64,000 bases of DNA from the human T2T-CHM13v2.0 reference genome, Homo sapiens, in NCBI RefSeq assembly GCF_009914755.1, contig NC_060931.1. One strand, written 5' to 3'. The notes beneath the pieces are model-generated. The model saw only the letters and a list, made by a program, of their open reading frames with translations. It searched no databases and was not told the DNA's origin. The position numbers and the translations under genes were made by a program. This document shows positions 20,041 to 39,071 of this stretch, piece after piece. Position 1 is the stretch's first letter. Every line of letters starts with the position of its first letter.

Positions 20041-21319
20041 TTAACAATGTTTTCATTGGGTTAACAGTTCTTTATAAAAGCCACGTAACAAGTATGTTAA
20101 TAGTAAAATTTTAAATCAATTCAACTAATGATATAAAATGAATTATAATCACAGTCATATTTATTCAATGAACTTCGTTAATTAGAGTTTTGGGGGTCAT
20201 GTACAGAGAAGAAGACCTTAAGCAGAATGAATCTGTGATTTCCATCTTTTGAAAAGTCTTTTGCTTAATTGTGAGAAAAATAATCTTTATTGTAGACACA
20301 CAAAACAGAGGGACCTATGGGTTTTGTTTTGTTTTAAACTTAGCTCTCAGTGACTTTTGATTACTCAATTTTGGTGACAATTTGTATTGGCCACTTAAGT
20401 CAGTTTACATTATAATAAGCAAATTTTTTTAGAGAAATTGAGACATGGATAGGACAAGTAAGTTACATTTTGGAATTAATTCTTATAAAGATAGATGATT
20501 TGATTTCATCTGTGGATTTGTATTTTTAGCAACTGTCATACTATGAAAGGATCTCATTTTATTAAGGAGAAATTAAGTATGAAATATATAGATTCAAAGC
20601 TCATTAGATTAGTAATATATCAAAGATTCTGATGACACCCAGGTTTATGTAAAAAGGATAACACAATATGTAAAGGCAATGTTTTCTTTTCTCACAATAA
20701 ATTTAGTTCACTATAAGTGTATACAGGAGATTGACAAATCTCTTTCTGCTCTGGGTGCATTCAGAAAAGTGAGAAATAGGAGAACTTCTTCCAGAAGGAC
20801 TGAAAGAAGGAATAAAAGGTAGAGAAAGTAGTAGAGTCATAAAAAGCATGGAACTGCCTTCCCCACTAAAAATTTATCCTATTTGTCCAACTTGGATCTT
20901 TATATGATAGCTGGAAAGGGTAAAACATTAAATCTGTATCTTCCATTGACATTTCAGCATCATGTTGCATTTTAGGCTGTAACCAATTTTCCTGATTTCT
21001 TTCCACCCATTTCCCTTGAATAAAAGAGTTGGCGTAGAGAAATGATACCGTACGGATGAGAGGCTTAGTATTCCAATGGGACAGATCCAAAATGAATGCT
21101 GCAATGGAAATGCTGGGACCTGAATGCCTTCAAGACCCCTTCAGAATATGCACTACACTGGGTTTCCCACATAATGGCGAGAATGATAATTAAGTGATTT
21201 GGCCATCGCATTTGGTGTTACAGAGAGCTGTTAACAATTGAGGTGGGCACTAGCCCTGGATCTTGTCTTTTGCCACTCCCCAGCCTCATGAGGAGCTAGT
21301 CATTGTCCCAACTTCTGAT

Positions 21320-22124
21320 AGCATCTGTATACAGCTGACTTCTACATTTTTAATTCAAGCCCAAACCTCTCCTCTCAACTATGAATCCATGTAAATTTCA
21401 CTGCTTTTTCAACATCTCTACTTGATTATCTCGTAAGGCCCTAGGATGCAGCAGTGAACAAAACAGGCAAAAAGTGTCCTGGGAGAACTTACATTCTAGG
21501 TATCTACTCAATATGTCCCAAACTGAATTCATATTCCCTAAATGTGCCCTATCTACTCAGTTGCTCTGCCTGGAAACCATGTCTTCTTAGCTTTACCTCT
21601 AAGGTATTTTTCTTATTATTTGGTCCCAACACAATAATACAAGAAATCCGTCATTTCTCTCCTGAACTTCTATAAAAGGCTTCTAATTGGCCTCCCTCCA
21701 TGTTCTCCTCCAATCTGAGCCAAAATTATTACTTGTTTCATTCTTCAAGAGTGATCCTTTTAAAATGCAAATCTGATTATGACTAGGTTAAACCCTGCTT
21801 AAAAATTCTTCAAATGCAACTTGAATAACATTCAGAGCCTATGAGACCTGGCACAGTCTCGCTCCTGCCTACCTCCCCAGCTCTCCTCTCTTACTTAACT
21901 CTGAGTTCCAGCCACAGTGACATTCAGTGTGCTTTTAACTATGCCAAAATTCTTCTCACTTTAGTGACACTTCTTCCATTGAACCAACTCCAAATCATTT
22001 TCAGATCTCAGCTTGAACATCTTTTTCTTGCCTACAATTTTTTGCCAGGTTATACTTAGTCCCTTTATGCATATATTTCCCCATACCTGCATACATACAT
22101 ACACACACACACACCCCCACACAC

Positions 22125-22172
<48 letters not shown>

Positions 22173-22400
22173 TTTTTTCTTATGCTTTCTAACATGGTAA
22201 TTAAGTAATTACCATGTTACTTAATTACTGTGTGATGATCTGCTTAATATCTGTTTTCACCATTGGGGAGGGAACTGTGTTTATTTCTGTCGCCACAGAA
22301 TATCCAGTGAAATAGTAGAATATCACAGTGAAAATAGTAGACACTCAATGAATATGTGTTATAGTTGAATATAAATATGTGTTATAGTTGTTGAATATTG
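21320..22400 (+). mobile_element. L2 LINE 3' region, highly decayed
   Basis: AGCCCAAACCTCTCC, ACATCTCTACTTG, TTTAAAATGCAAATCTGAT and AGTAGACACTCAATGAATATG..TTGAAT resemble L2. Confidence 0.68.
22089..22172. repeat. Compound microsatellite (CATA)n(CA)n(CT)n(CA)n
   Basis: Directly visible. Confidence 0.95.
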
Positions 22401-23165
22401 GAAAAGGTTATAACTCCTTCAGGTAAGCCAGTATTACACCAAAAAGAGATAAAAATTCATTATTAAGGGCTACATGAATGTTGATAATAAGAGTGACTGA
22501 CAGGAACAAAGAGACGTTGTAGCAGCTCCAACCTGGCAACAGTGATAGTAGAAATGTCATCAAAGATGAAAAGTGACTTTCGTTTGTATAAAATGAACCA
22601 GCAGACACTCATGATTGTAAGTAGGATTTCTGGTGATTTGTCCTGCACTGAATGCCTTTGGATCTATGATTTCCCTATAGACAGGTATTCAGATGTGGTT
22701 GAGTAGAGTTGTATAGAGGGTAGCATGAAATGCTAAACTGGAATGGGCAGAAACCCAGGTGACTGGTAAATACAGAAAGAAAATCCTACATAGTACATAT
22801 GCAGGTAGATTCTTGTGATGGCTTTTAAATCTGGTTTAGGATGCATATGCATACATATGCAATGAACTGAAAAGCTTTAAGGTTGGGGATGGTGCCCCAC
22901 ACAGGGAACATGAATGTCTTTTTTACAGAACTCCTGTTGAATTCAGATTTCAAAAGAACAGAGTAGCCCCCCCAAAAATGTGTAGTAATGATTTCATAAT
23001 GGACATGCCTCAAGGTTTGGAACCTTCTTAAATTATTCAAAAATCCTCTGAAATATTTAATTTTCAGCCTTGAAGGACAGGGTTTATTTTGTTTGGGGAA
23101 GAAAAAATGTCTCTATATTTCTGAGAGCTTGTTCTTGAATAAAAATAAACCAAGATAAGTAGATG

Positions 23166-23187
23166 TATGCATATATATATATATGTG

Positions 23188-23222
<35 letters not shown>

Positions 23223-23223
23223 G
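23166..23223. repeat. (TA)n(TG)n(TA)n microsatellite
   Basis: Directly visible. Confidence 0.95.
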
Positions 23224-23587
23224 GATATGTGGCATATGTTTCCTGTATTTTCATCCCAAAATGTTGAGTAAAACATTCAGACTCTGCTTAATGCCAAATG
23301 TTGCATCAATGCACCATAGAAGTACTACTGTTGTTGAGCTGCTAGGTCAACATTGAAATTATCTGTAAAATTTTAAGCTGCTTTTAGTAATAAATTGCTT
23401 TTTTGCAAAGATGCTTTGATCATAATGTACTGTCACCTTTTCTCACTAATTAAACTATGATAAGGGAGTCTGAATAGACTTCTAGTATCTTATTCCTATA
23501 AAAGACCTGAATAAAGATGTATTTCTTTTTATTTTTTGTCTGGTCATGGTTAACAATAAACAGAACTACTTTTTAAAAGATAATTCC

Positions 23588-24630
23588 CGGCCACTCTGGA
23601 AAACAGTTTGGCAATTTCTTCAAGTAAACATGTAGTTACCATACAATCCAGCAGTTGCACCCTTGGGTGTTTATCCCAGAGAAATGACAACTTAGGCTCA
23701 TATAATATACGCAAATGTCCATAGCAGCTTTATTTGTAACTGCCAAAGTCTGGAAACAACTTAAATGTTCTTGACTGGGTTCATGGTTAACAAACTGGTA
23801 TGTGTGGTATGTACCGTGTGTATTAGTCAGGGTTCTCTAGAGGAACAGAACTAATAGGATGTATGTATATATGAAAGGAAGTTTGTTATTAAGGAGAATT
23901 GACTCACACAATCACAAGGTGAAGTCCCACAACAGGCCGTCTGCAAGCTGAGGAGCAAGGAAGCCCAAAACCTCAAAAGTTTGGAAGCCAACAGTGCAGC
24001 CTTCAGTCTGTGGCCAAAGGCCTGAGAGACCTTGGCAAACCACTGGTGTAAGTCCAAAGTCTGAAAGCTGAAGAACTTGGAGTCTTCAAGGGCAGGAAGT
24101 TCGAGGGCAGGAAGCATCCAGCACTGAATGAAGGCCAGAAGACTCGGCAAGTCTGCTTTATTCTAGCAGTTGATCAGATGGTGCCCACCCACATTGAGGG
24201 TGGGTGGGCCTCTCCCCAGTCCACTGACTCAAATGTTAATCTCCTTTGGCAACACCCTCACAGACATACCCAGGAACAATACTTTGCATCCTTCAATCCA
24301 ATCAAATTGACACTTAATATTAACCATCACACCACGGATTTCTACTCAGTAATAAAACAAAATGGATAATTATGCAGGCAACAATTTGGATGAGCCTCCA
24401 GGGAATTATGCGGAGTGGGGGAAAAAAAGTCAATCCTGAAAGATTTCAAACTATATGACTCCATCATATAAGATTTCTGGAATGACAAAATTATTGAAAA
24501 CAGAGCTGATTAGTGGTTGCCATGGGTTGGGAGTTGGAGGTGGCTGGTGAAGTGGGATAGAGAGTTGAGTGGGGTTATAAAAGGGCAACACAGGGATCTT
24601 TGTTGTGATGAAAATATTCTGTATCTTTGT
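23588..24630 (+). mobile_element. Old L1M 3' end interrupted by an MLT2 LTR
   Basis: GCCACTCTGGAAAACAGTTTGGCAATTTCT...TTTATCCCAGAGAAATG resumes after 24331. Confidence 0.78.
23819..24331 (-). mobile_element. MLT2A-type solo LTR (ERVL)
   Basis: TGTATTAGTCAGGGTTCTCTAGAG...ACTGACTCAAATGTTAATCTCCTTTGGCAACACCCTCACAGAC...TTAACCATCACA; decayed 5-bp TSD CCGTG/CCACG. Confidence 0.92.
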
Positions 24631-27600
24631 TATCCATTCACTAGCTGATAGACATTTGAATTGTTTCCAATTTTTGGCTACTATGAATAATGCTACTATG
24701 CACATTCATATACAGGTCTTTGTAGGACATGTTTTCATTTTGGTCTCTAGGAGTGAAATTGCTAGATAATAGTAAGTTAACTTTAACTTTTGAAGCCATT
24801 GCCAAAATGTTTCCTAAAGTGGCTGTACCATTTTACACTCTCAGGACCAATGCATGAGGGTTCCAGATACTTCACATACTTCACAGAGTTACTAACATTT
24901 GGTACTGTCTTTTTCTTTATTTTGATGGGTGTGGAATGATATCTCACTGTGATTTTAATTTGCATTTCTTTAATGACTAATGATATTGAGCATCTTTTCA
25001 TATGCTTATTAGCCATTTATATATGTTTACAGTGAAATGTCTGTTTAAGCCTATTGCCCATTTTTAAATTGGGTAACTTATGTTCTTATGATTGAGTTTT
25101 AAGAGTTATTTACATATTCTGGATATAAAAAATCTCTTTATCAAATGATTTGCAAAATTTTTTTCTTAGTCTATGGCTTATCATTCTGTTTTCTTAATGA
25201 TGTTTTTTAAGGAGCAAATGTTTTTAATTTTGAAAGTCTAATTTACCAACTTCTTATTTAAATTGAACAGGCTTTTGGTGTCATATTTAAGAAATCTTTT
25301 CTAATCCAGTGTCACAGAGATTTTCTCATGTTTTCTAGAAGTCTTATAGTTTTAGCTCTTACATTTAGGTCTATAATCCATTTTTTATTTTTTTTCTTTG
25401 TAGTGTGAAATAACAGTCTAAGTTCTATTTTTTGTGCGTGTGGATAGCCAATTGTCTTAGCATCATTTGCAGAAAAGATTTTTCTTTTCCCCATTGAATT
25501 GCTTTGCAAAACCATTGTCAAAACTCAGTTCACCATAAATGTAAAGATTTATTTCTAGACTCTCTCTCTTCTGTTATATTAATCTATATGTCTATTCTTA
25601 TGTCAATACTATACTGTTTTGATTACTGTAGCTTTATGGTAAGTTTAAAAATAAAAAAGTGTAAGGTCTCCACTTTTGTTCTTCAGAATTGTTTTGGCTA
25701 TTCTAGGTTATTTGTATTTCCATATGAAGTTTAGGATTGATATACTCATTTCTATAAAAAGCTTGCTGAAATCAGGATGACATTGACTCTAGATAAATTT
25801 GGGAAGAATTACCATCTTAATGATATTGAGTCTTCCAATCTATTAACAGGTTATGTCTTTCCATTTATTGAGGTCTTTTTTAGTTCCTTTTAGCAATGCT
25901 GTTATGAGGGAAATTATCTTAATTTTGTTTTCAGATTGTTAATTGCTAGTATATACAAATATAATTGATTTGTATATATTAATATTATGTCCTTAAAGCT
26001 TGCTAACCCTGTTTATTAGTTTTAGCAGCTTTTTAAAGATTCTTTAGGATTTTATACATGTCATCTGCAAATAAAATACCATATCATCTACAAATAAAAC
26101 AGTTTAATGTCTTCCTTTCTAATTTGCATAATTTTAATTTCTCTTCTTGCCTTATTGTGCTGGCTAAACTTCTGGTACAATGTTGATAGAAGTGGCAAGA
26201 GCAGATATCTTTGCTTTTTTCCCAATTTCAGGGACAAAGCATCTGTTCTTTCACCAGTATTACATTAGCTGTAGGGGTTTCTTCTCTGTTGTTTGTTGTG
26301 TAGTATAAAGCCTAAAATTAAGGCTCAGAATTACATGCTGTCTTGACGTTTGGTAAAAGCGGGATGTCCTCAAATGGCCTAACAGCAAGTTCCCCACTCT
26401 GTTCTGTTCCCATGGCTAAGGTCACATAGTTAAACAATTCCCTTTATCAAACAGAACAGGTGCAGTTCCTGCTTATCTCTGAGTAGTGGGTTTCAGTTCC
26501 CTGCCAGCCCATGGAATTATTCAAACAAGCCAATCACATCCTCCCACAGACAACACAGACCTCCCACAGACGGGGGTCACCTGACCCTCTTGAAACTACA
26601 AAGCCTGCCTCCCATAATCCCCGGATGTTCAATTTCCCATTGCAACCCCCGAGTGGCCCCACATGGCATGTGGTGTCCTCCTCCCCTAAGCTGTGAGTAT
26701 ATGTGACTAATAACTGCTGTTGATCTCATCTGTCCAGTGTCAGGTATTGTGTATCTATCTCTAGAATCCTAGGACAAGAATGCCTCCCTCATCAGTGAGA
26801 TAAATAGGAGACAACAAAAACATTTTTGTAGACTCCCGTTATGAGGCTGAGAAAGTATACATCTAGTTCTAGTTTGTTTTTAATCATGAATTGATGTTAG
26901 GCTTTGTTAAACAGTTTTTCTAAAAAAAAATCTGAGATAATCATGTCATTTTTTGATCTAATCTTTGAATATGCATTAATTGATTTTCATTTGTTAACCA
27001 AGTTTGCATTCCTGGGATAAATCCCATTTGTTCATGGAATATAATTCTTTTCGTATGTTGCTGGATTCAATGTCTAATGTTTTTTCTGGATTTTTGTGTC
27101 TATGTTTATTTTGGTCTGTTTTCTCTTTACTAGTGAAGTCTGTATCTGGCTTTAGTATCAAAATATAAATAACCTCTTAGAATGAGTTGGGGACTTTTCC
27201 TTAGTCATTTTTATTTCTTCTGCTTGTTTTGGTTGAATTTGCTCTTTGTCTGTTTTTCTTAAGGTGAAGCTTAGGTTATTGATTCAAGATTCTCTTTTTT
27301 CAAATATTTGTTTTTAAAGCTATATATGTTGAGCACTGCATTAGCTCCAACTTATATCTTTTGTAATGTTGTGCTTTTGTTTTCATTCAGGCCAAAATAA
27401 TTTCTAATTTACCTTGTGATTTCTTCTTAGTCCTATGGGTTATTCATAACTGTGTTATTTAATTTTCAAATATTTAGAGATTTCTCAAATTTATTTCTAT
27501 TAATTGGTAATTAAATTCCATTGTGGTCAAATAGCATACTTTGAATGATTGTTTTATGGCTTGCCATATGGTCTATCCTGGAGAATGTTCCATGTGTACT

Positions 27601-28790
27601 TGAGGTAAACATTCATTTCTCTCTTGGGTGGAAAGTAGGTGGTTATATGCATCTTACCATATTATATACCAGTTAGGTTCAAAGGACTTAGTGTTGTTCA
27701 ATTCTTCCATATCCTTTTTGATTTTATGTCTATTAGTTCTATCCAGTATTAAAAGTTCAGTATCAGAGTTTCTAATTATAGTTTTTAAATAGTCTCTTTC
27801 ACCTTTGAATTTTGTCAGTTTTAACTTCTTCTGATATGAGGCTCCTTTGTTTGATGATTATAAATTAAAATTTGTTTTACTTTAATAAAATTGACTCATT
27901 ATTAAATGTTCCTTTTTATCTCTAATAGTATCATTTTGTTTTATATTAATATAGCCACTCCAACTACATTAGTATCCTTTTATTTACATCCAGTTGTGTC
28001 TTGGATTCTGTATTGTCTCTTTTGATAGCATATAGTTGAATATTGCTATTTAAATCTGATCTGAAAATCTCTGCCTTTTAATTAGAATGTTAGTGCACTT
28101 ACTGTAATTTATTTGTTTCATTGGACCTGTGGCTGCCATTTTGTTATTTGTTTTTTAGATATGTTATGTTTTTTTTTATCTGTTCCTCTTTTATGGCCTT
28201 CTTTGGTGTGAAAAAAATTTTTTAGTGTATAATTTTAATTCCTCTTTCAAATTCTTAAGTATGCTTGAGTTATTTTCTTAGCAATTCTGCTGGGGATTAC
28301 TATATGCCTCATAATTTATAATTGTCTACATCAGGTTAATACAGACTTAATTACAGTAAAATATAACTTTGCTTTAATATAGCTTTGTGCTGTTATTGTC
28401 ATAATATAACAATTTATAATATAAACCCAACAATATAGGGTTGTAATTACTGCTTTATATAATCTTATGTCTCTTAAAGCAATTAAAAGAAGAAATTAGA
28501 ACATGTATACATTTTTTATACTTATTGACATATTTACCATTTCAGTCATTCTGTGGATTCAAGCGACCATCCTATGTTATTTCCTCTCGGTATGAAGACT
28601 TTCTTTAGTATTTGTTTAGTATTTCATGTTAGGCAGATCTATGATCTATGATCTCTCAAACTTTGCTGGGTATAAAATTATTGGTTGACAGTTTTTTTCT
28701 TTTCTTTTTTTTAACCTTCAACCTACTCACACCAGACAGTTTTTTTTAAAATCCCAGAACTTTGTATGTTTTTCTGCTCTCCACTGTGAA
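24631..28790 (-). mobile_element. Old L1M ORF2 and 3' region, degraded
   Basis: T-rich strand; ORF remnants [21 protein letters not shown] and KWIIDLNVRAKTIRLLE. Confidence 0.88.
26298..26822 (+). mobile_element. Probable ERV1-class solo LTR inside the L1, family undetermined
   Basis: About 520-bp GC-richer block; the L1 reads TTAGCTGTAGGGGTTT before it and TTTTTGTAGA after it; LTR-like CCTCAAATGGCCTAAC and CAAACAAGCCAATCACA. Confidence 0.6.
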
Positions 28791-30524
28791 GATAATCCTA
28801 AAGAGATATGACTTCTACCTTCTTTTTGAACTCAAGATCCAAGTCCTTCCTGCCTCATAATCTTGGCTCTTTTATTGTCATAGAGTTGGTTCTCTTGGCC
28901 CTATTTTTCCTATTAGACCTGAAAACGCTTGAGCCTGGGTAATTGTGCCTTCCCATTACTAATGGATTAATCTCTGGGAGAAAAGGTGAACTTTAATTTA
29001 ATTTAAATTTTTTAAATTCATGCAATAGTTGTACATATTTATGGGGGTACATAGTAATGTTTCGCTACATATAATGTGTAGTGATCAGAGCAAGGTAATT
29101 AGCATATCCATCTCAAACACTTATCATTTCTTGGTGGTGAGAACATTCAATATCCTCCTTCTAGCTGTTTGAAACTATACAATACATTATGGTTAACTAT
29201 AGTCATCCTACATTAGTGGTATAGAACACTAGAATTTGTTCCTCTTATCTAGCTATAATTTTGTATCCTTCAACAAATCTCTCCCTATCCCTTATTTCTC
29301 TCTACCCTTCCTATCCTCTATTATACTCTGTTCTACTTTTTACTTCTATGAGATCAGGGTTTCTTTTTCACCTTCCACAAATGAATGGAGGACATGTAGT
29401 GTTTAACTTTCTGTGCCTGGCTTATTTCACTTAACACAAGGTCCTCCAGTTTTATCCATGTTGCTGCAAATGACAGGATCTCATTATTTTTTGTGGCTGA
29501 ACACTATTTCACTGTGTACATACACCACATTTTCTTTATGCATTCATTCATTGATGGGCACTTAGGTTAATTCCATATCTTTGGTCTGAGAAAAGATTTT
29601 ATGAATAAGACCTCAAAGGCACAGCCAACCAAAAGCAAAAATAAATGGGATTATATAATACTAAAAAGCTTTTGCACAGCAAAAGAAACAATCAACAGAG
29701 TTAAAACACAGCCTATAGAATGGGAGAAAATACTTGCAAATATTGATCTGACAGGTGATTAATATCTAGGATAAACAAGGAACTCAAAATCTCAAGAGAA
29801 AAAAATCAAATTCGAAAATGGGCAAATAATCTGAACAGACATTTCTCAAAAGAAGGCACTTACGGCCAAGAATTACATGAAAAAATGTTCAGTGTCACCA
29901 ATCATCAGGGGAATGCAAATCAGAATCACAGTGTGGTATCATCTAACCCCAGTTAGGATGGCTATGACCAAAAAGACTAAAACCAAATGCCAACAGGGAT
30001 ACAGAGAAAAGGGAACTCTTATACATTGTTGTTGGTAACGTAAAATACTACATCCATTATGGAGAACAGTATGGAGATTTCTCAAAAACTAAAAATATAA
30101 CTGTTGTTCAATCCTGCAATCCCACTACTGAGTATTTACCCAAGGGGCAGGAAATAAGTACATCAAAGAGATATTTGTAACCCAATGTTGGTAGATTTTG
30201 TTTCCTAGTATTTTGTTGAGGATTTTTTCTGTCTATGTTTTTCAGGGATATTGGCCCATAGTTTTCTTTTTCATTTGTGTCTTTGTCTGGTTTTGTTATC
30301 AGAATTATGCTGGCCTCATAGAATGATTTAGAAAGAATTCCCTCTCTTTCAATTTTTCTGGAATAGTTTCAGGAGAACTGGTATACTTCTTTAAAGGTTC
30401 AGTAGAATTCAGCTGTGAAGCTGTTTTGTCCTGGGTTTGTTTTTGCTTTTCTACTTTCTTGAGATGTATTATTAGAATTGTTTATTTAAAATCTTTCTAG
30501 TTTTTTTAGATTTGGGTTCATTTT

Positions 30525-30749
30525 ATTTTTATTTGTAATTATTTGTAGAGATGGCGGTCTCACTATGTTGCCCAGGCTTGTCTTGAACCCCTAGGCCGAA
30601 GAAATCCTCTTGTCTGTCTACTGATTGATTGATAGATTGATAGGGTCTTATGTTGTCCAGGATGGTCTTGAACTCCTGGCTTCAAGTGATGCTCCTGTCT
30701 CAGCCTCCCAAAATGCTGGAATTGAAGATGTGAGCAACTGTGCCTGGCC
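30525..30749 (-). mobile_element. Old Alu left-monomer (FLAM-like) pair
   Basis: Two successive TATGTTG.CCAGG.T.GTCTTGAAC left-arm motifs separated by (GATT/GATA)n. Confidence 0.75.
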
Positions 30750-30858
30750 TTTTCTAGCTTTTTGATGTAGGCATTTATTGCTATAAACATTAGTTAGTAC
30801 TGTTTTTGCTATGTCTTGTAGGTTTTTGGGTTTTGGTTTGCTGTGTTTCTATCTTCAT

Positions 30859-31168
<310 letters not shown>

Positions 31169-31465
31169 TAATTTATTCTTAATTTTTTCCTCATCTATTG
31201 GTCATGCAGGAGCATGTTTAATTTTCTTGTACTTGTATAGTTTCAAATATTCCTCTTGTTAATGATGTCTAATTTTATTCCATTTTGATAAGATACTTGA
31301 TATGATTTTTATTTTTAAAAATATTTTTGGGGGCTTATGTTGTGTTTTTACATATGGTAAATCCTGGGGAATGTTCCATATGCCAATGAAAATAATATAT
31401 ATTCTGCAGCTGTTGGGTGAAATGTTCACTAAATATATGCTAAGTCCATTTGTTCCATGGTACAG

Positions 31466-34038
<2,573 letters not shown>

Positions 34039-35284
34039 CTATGACAGAATTTAAATGTGATGTTTCACTGTTCATTTTTCTGTGTTGGTAATCTATCCAA
34101 TGCTGAGAGTGGGATGTTGAATTAAGTCCCTGACTATTGTTGTATAGGGGTCTATCTCTCCCTTTAGATAGAATATTTGCTTTATATTTCTGGGTGCTCT
34201 GGTGATGGGTATATGTATGTTTACAATTGTGGCATTTTCTTTCCAAAGTGATCCCTTTGTTATATAATGTCTTTCTTTGTCTCTTTACAGCTTTTGAGTT
34301 GAAGTCTGTTTGTATTGCTACTCCTGCTCACTTTTGGCTTCTGTTTGCCTAAAATATCTTTTTCATCATTTCACTTTCAGTTGTGTTTACAGTGAAGTGA
34401 ATTTCTTGTAGGCAGCGTATTATTGGGTCATGTTTTTATTAATTCATTCAGTCAGTCTATATATTTTAAATGAGGAATTTAATCCATTTACTTTCAAGGT
34501 TATTACTGATAGATGAGGACTTACTCCTGTCATTTATTGATGTTTTTCTGGTTTTTGTATATTTATGCCTGGTTTGTTTTGTATATTTGTTCTTTACTTC
34601 CTGATTGTTTGTTGTTGCAGCTGGGTGGTTTTCTGTAGTGATAAGGCTTTATTCCTTTCTTTTTCTCCTTTGTGTATTGGCTTTACCAGTCAGTTTTATA
34701 GTTTCTCATGTTTTCATCATGGTGGTTACCATTTTTTTACTTCCAGATGTAAGACTCCTTTGAGCATTTCTTGTAAGTCTGTTCTCGTGGTAAATTTCCT
34801 TAATTTTTGTTTATCTGTGAAATATTTTATTTCCCCTTCATTTCTAAAGTGTAGCTTTGCTGGGTTTAATATTCTTGGCTGACAGTTTTTTTTTTTCAGC
34901 ACTTTGAATCTATCATCCCATTCTTTCCTGGCCTGTAAATATTTTGCTGAGAAGTACACTGTTAGTCTAATGAAGATTCCTTTATATGTGACTTAATTCT
35001 TTCCTCTTGCTGTTTTTAAAATTCATTGTCTTTGACTTTTGACAATTTGACTACAACATTTTTCAGAGAGGACCTGCTTGGGTTAAATCTAATTGGGATT
35101 CTTTGAGCTTTCTGGACCTGGATGCCTATCTCTCTCCCAAGACTTGGGAAGTTATCTGCTATGATTTTATTAAATATGTTTTCCTCTCCTTTTCTATTCT
35201 CTTCTCTTCTCCTTGTAGAACACCCAGAATATGAATATTTATTCACTTAATGGTGTCTCATACATCTGTAGGCTTTCTTCATTT

Positions 35285-39071
<3,787 letters not shown>

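Noticed and set aside
20866-21090. 74-aa ORF in apparently unique sequence
   Set aside because: Non-ATG start, no recognisable homology and no clear splice sites
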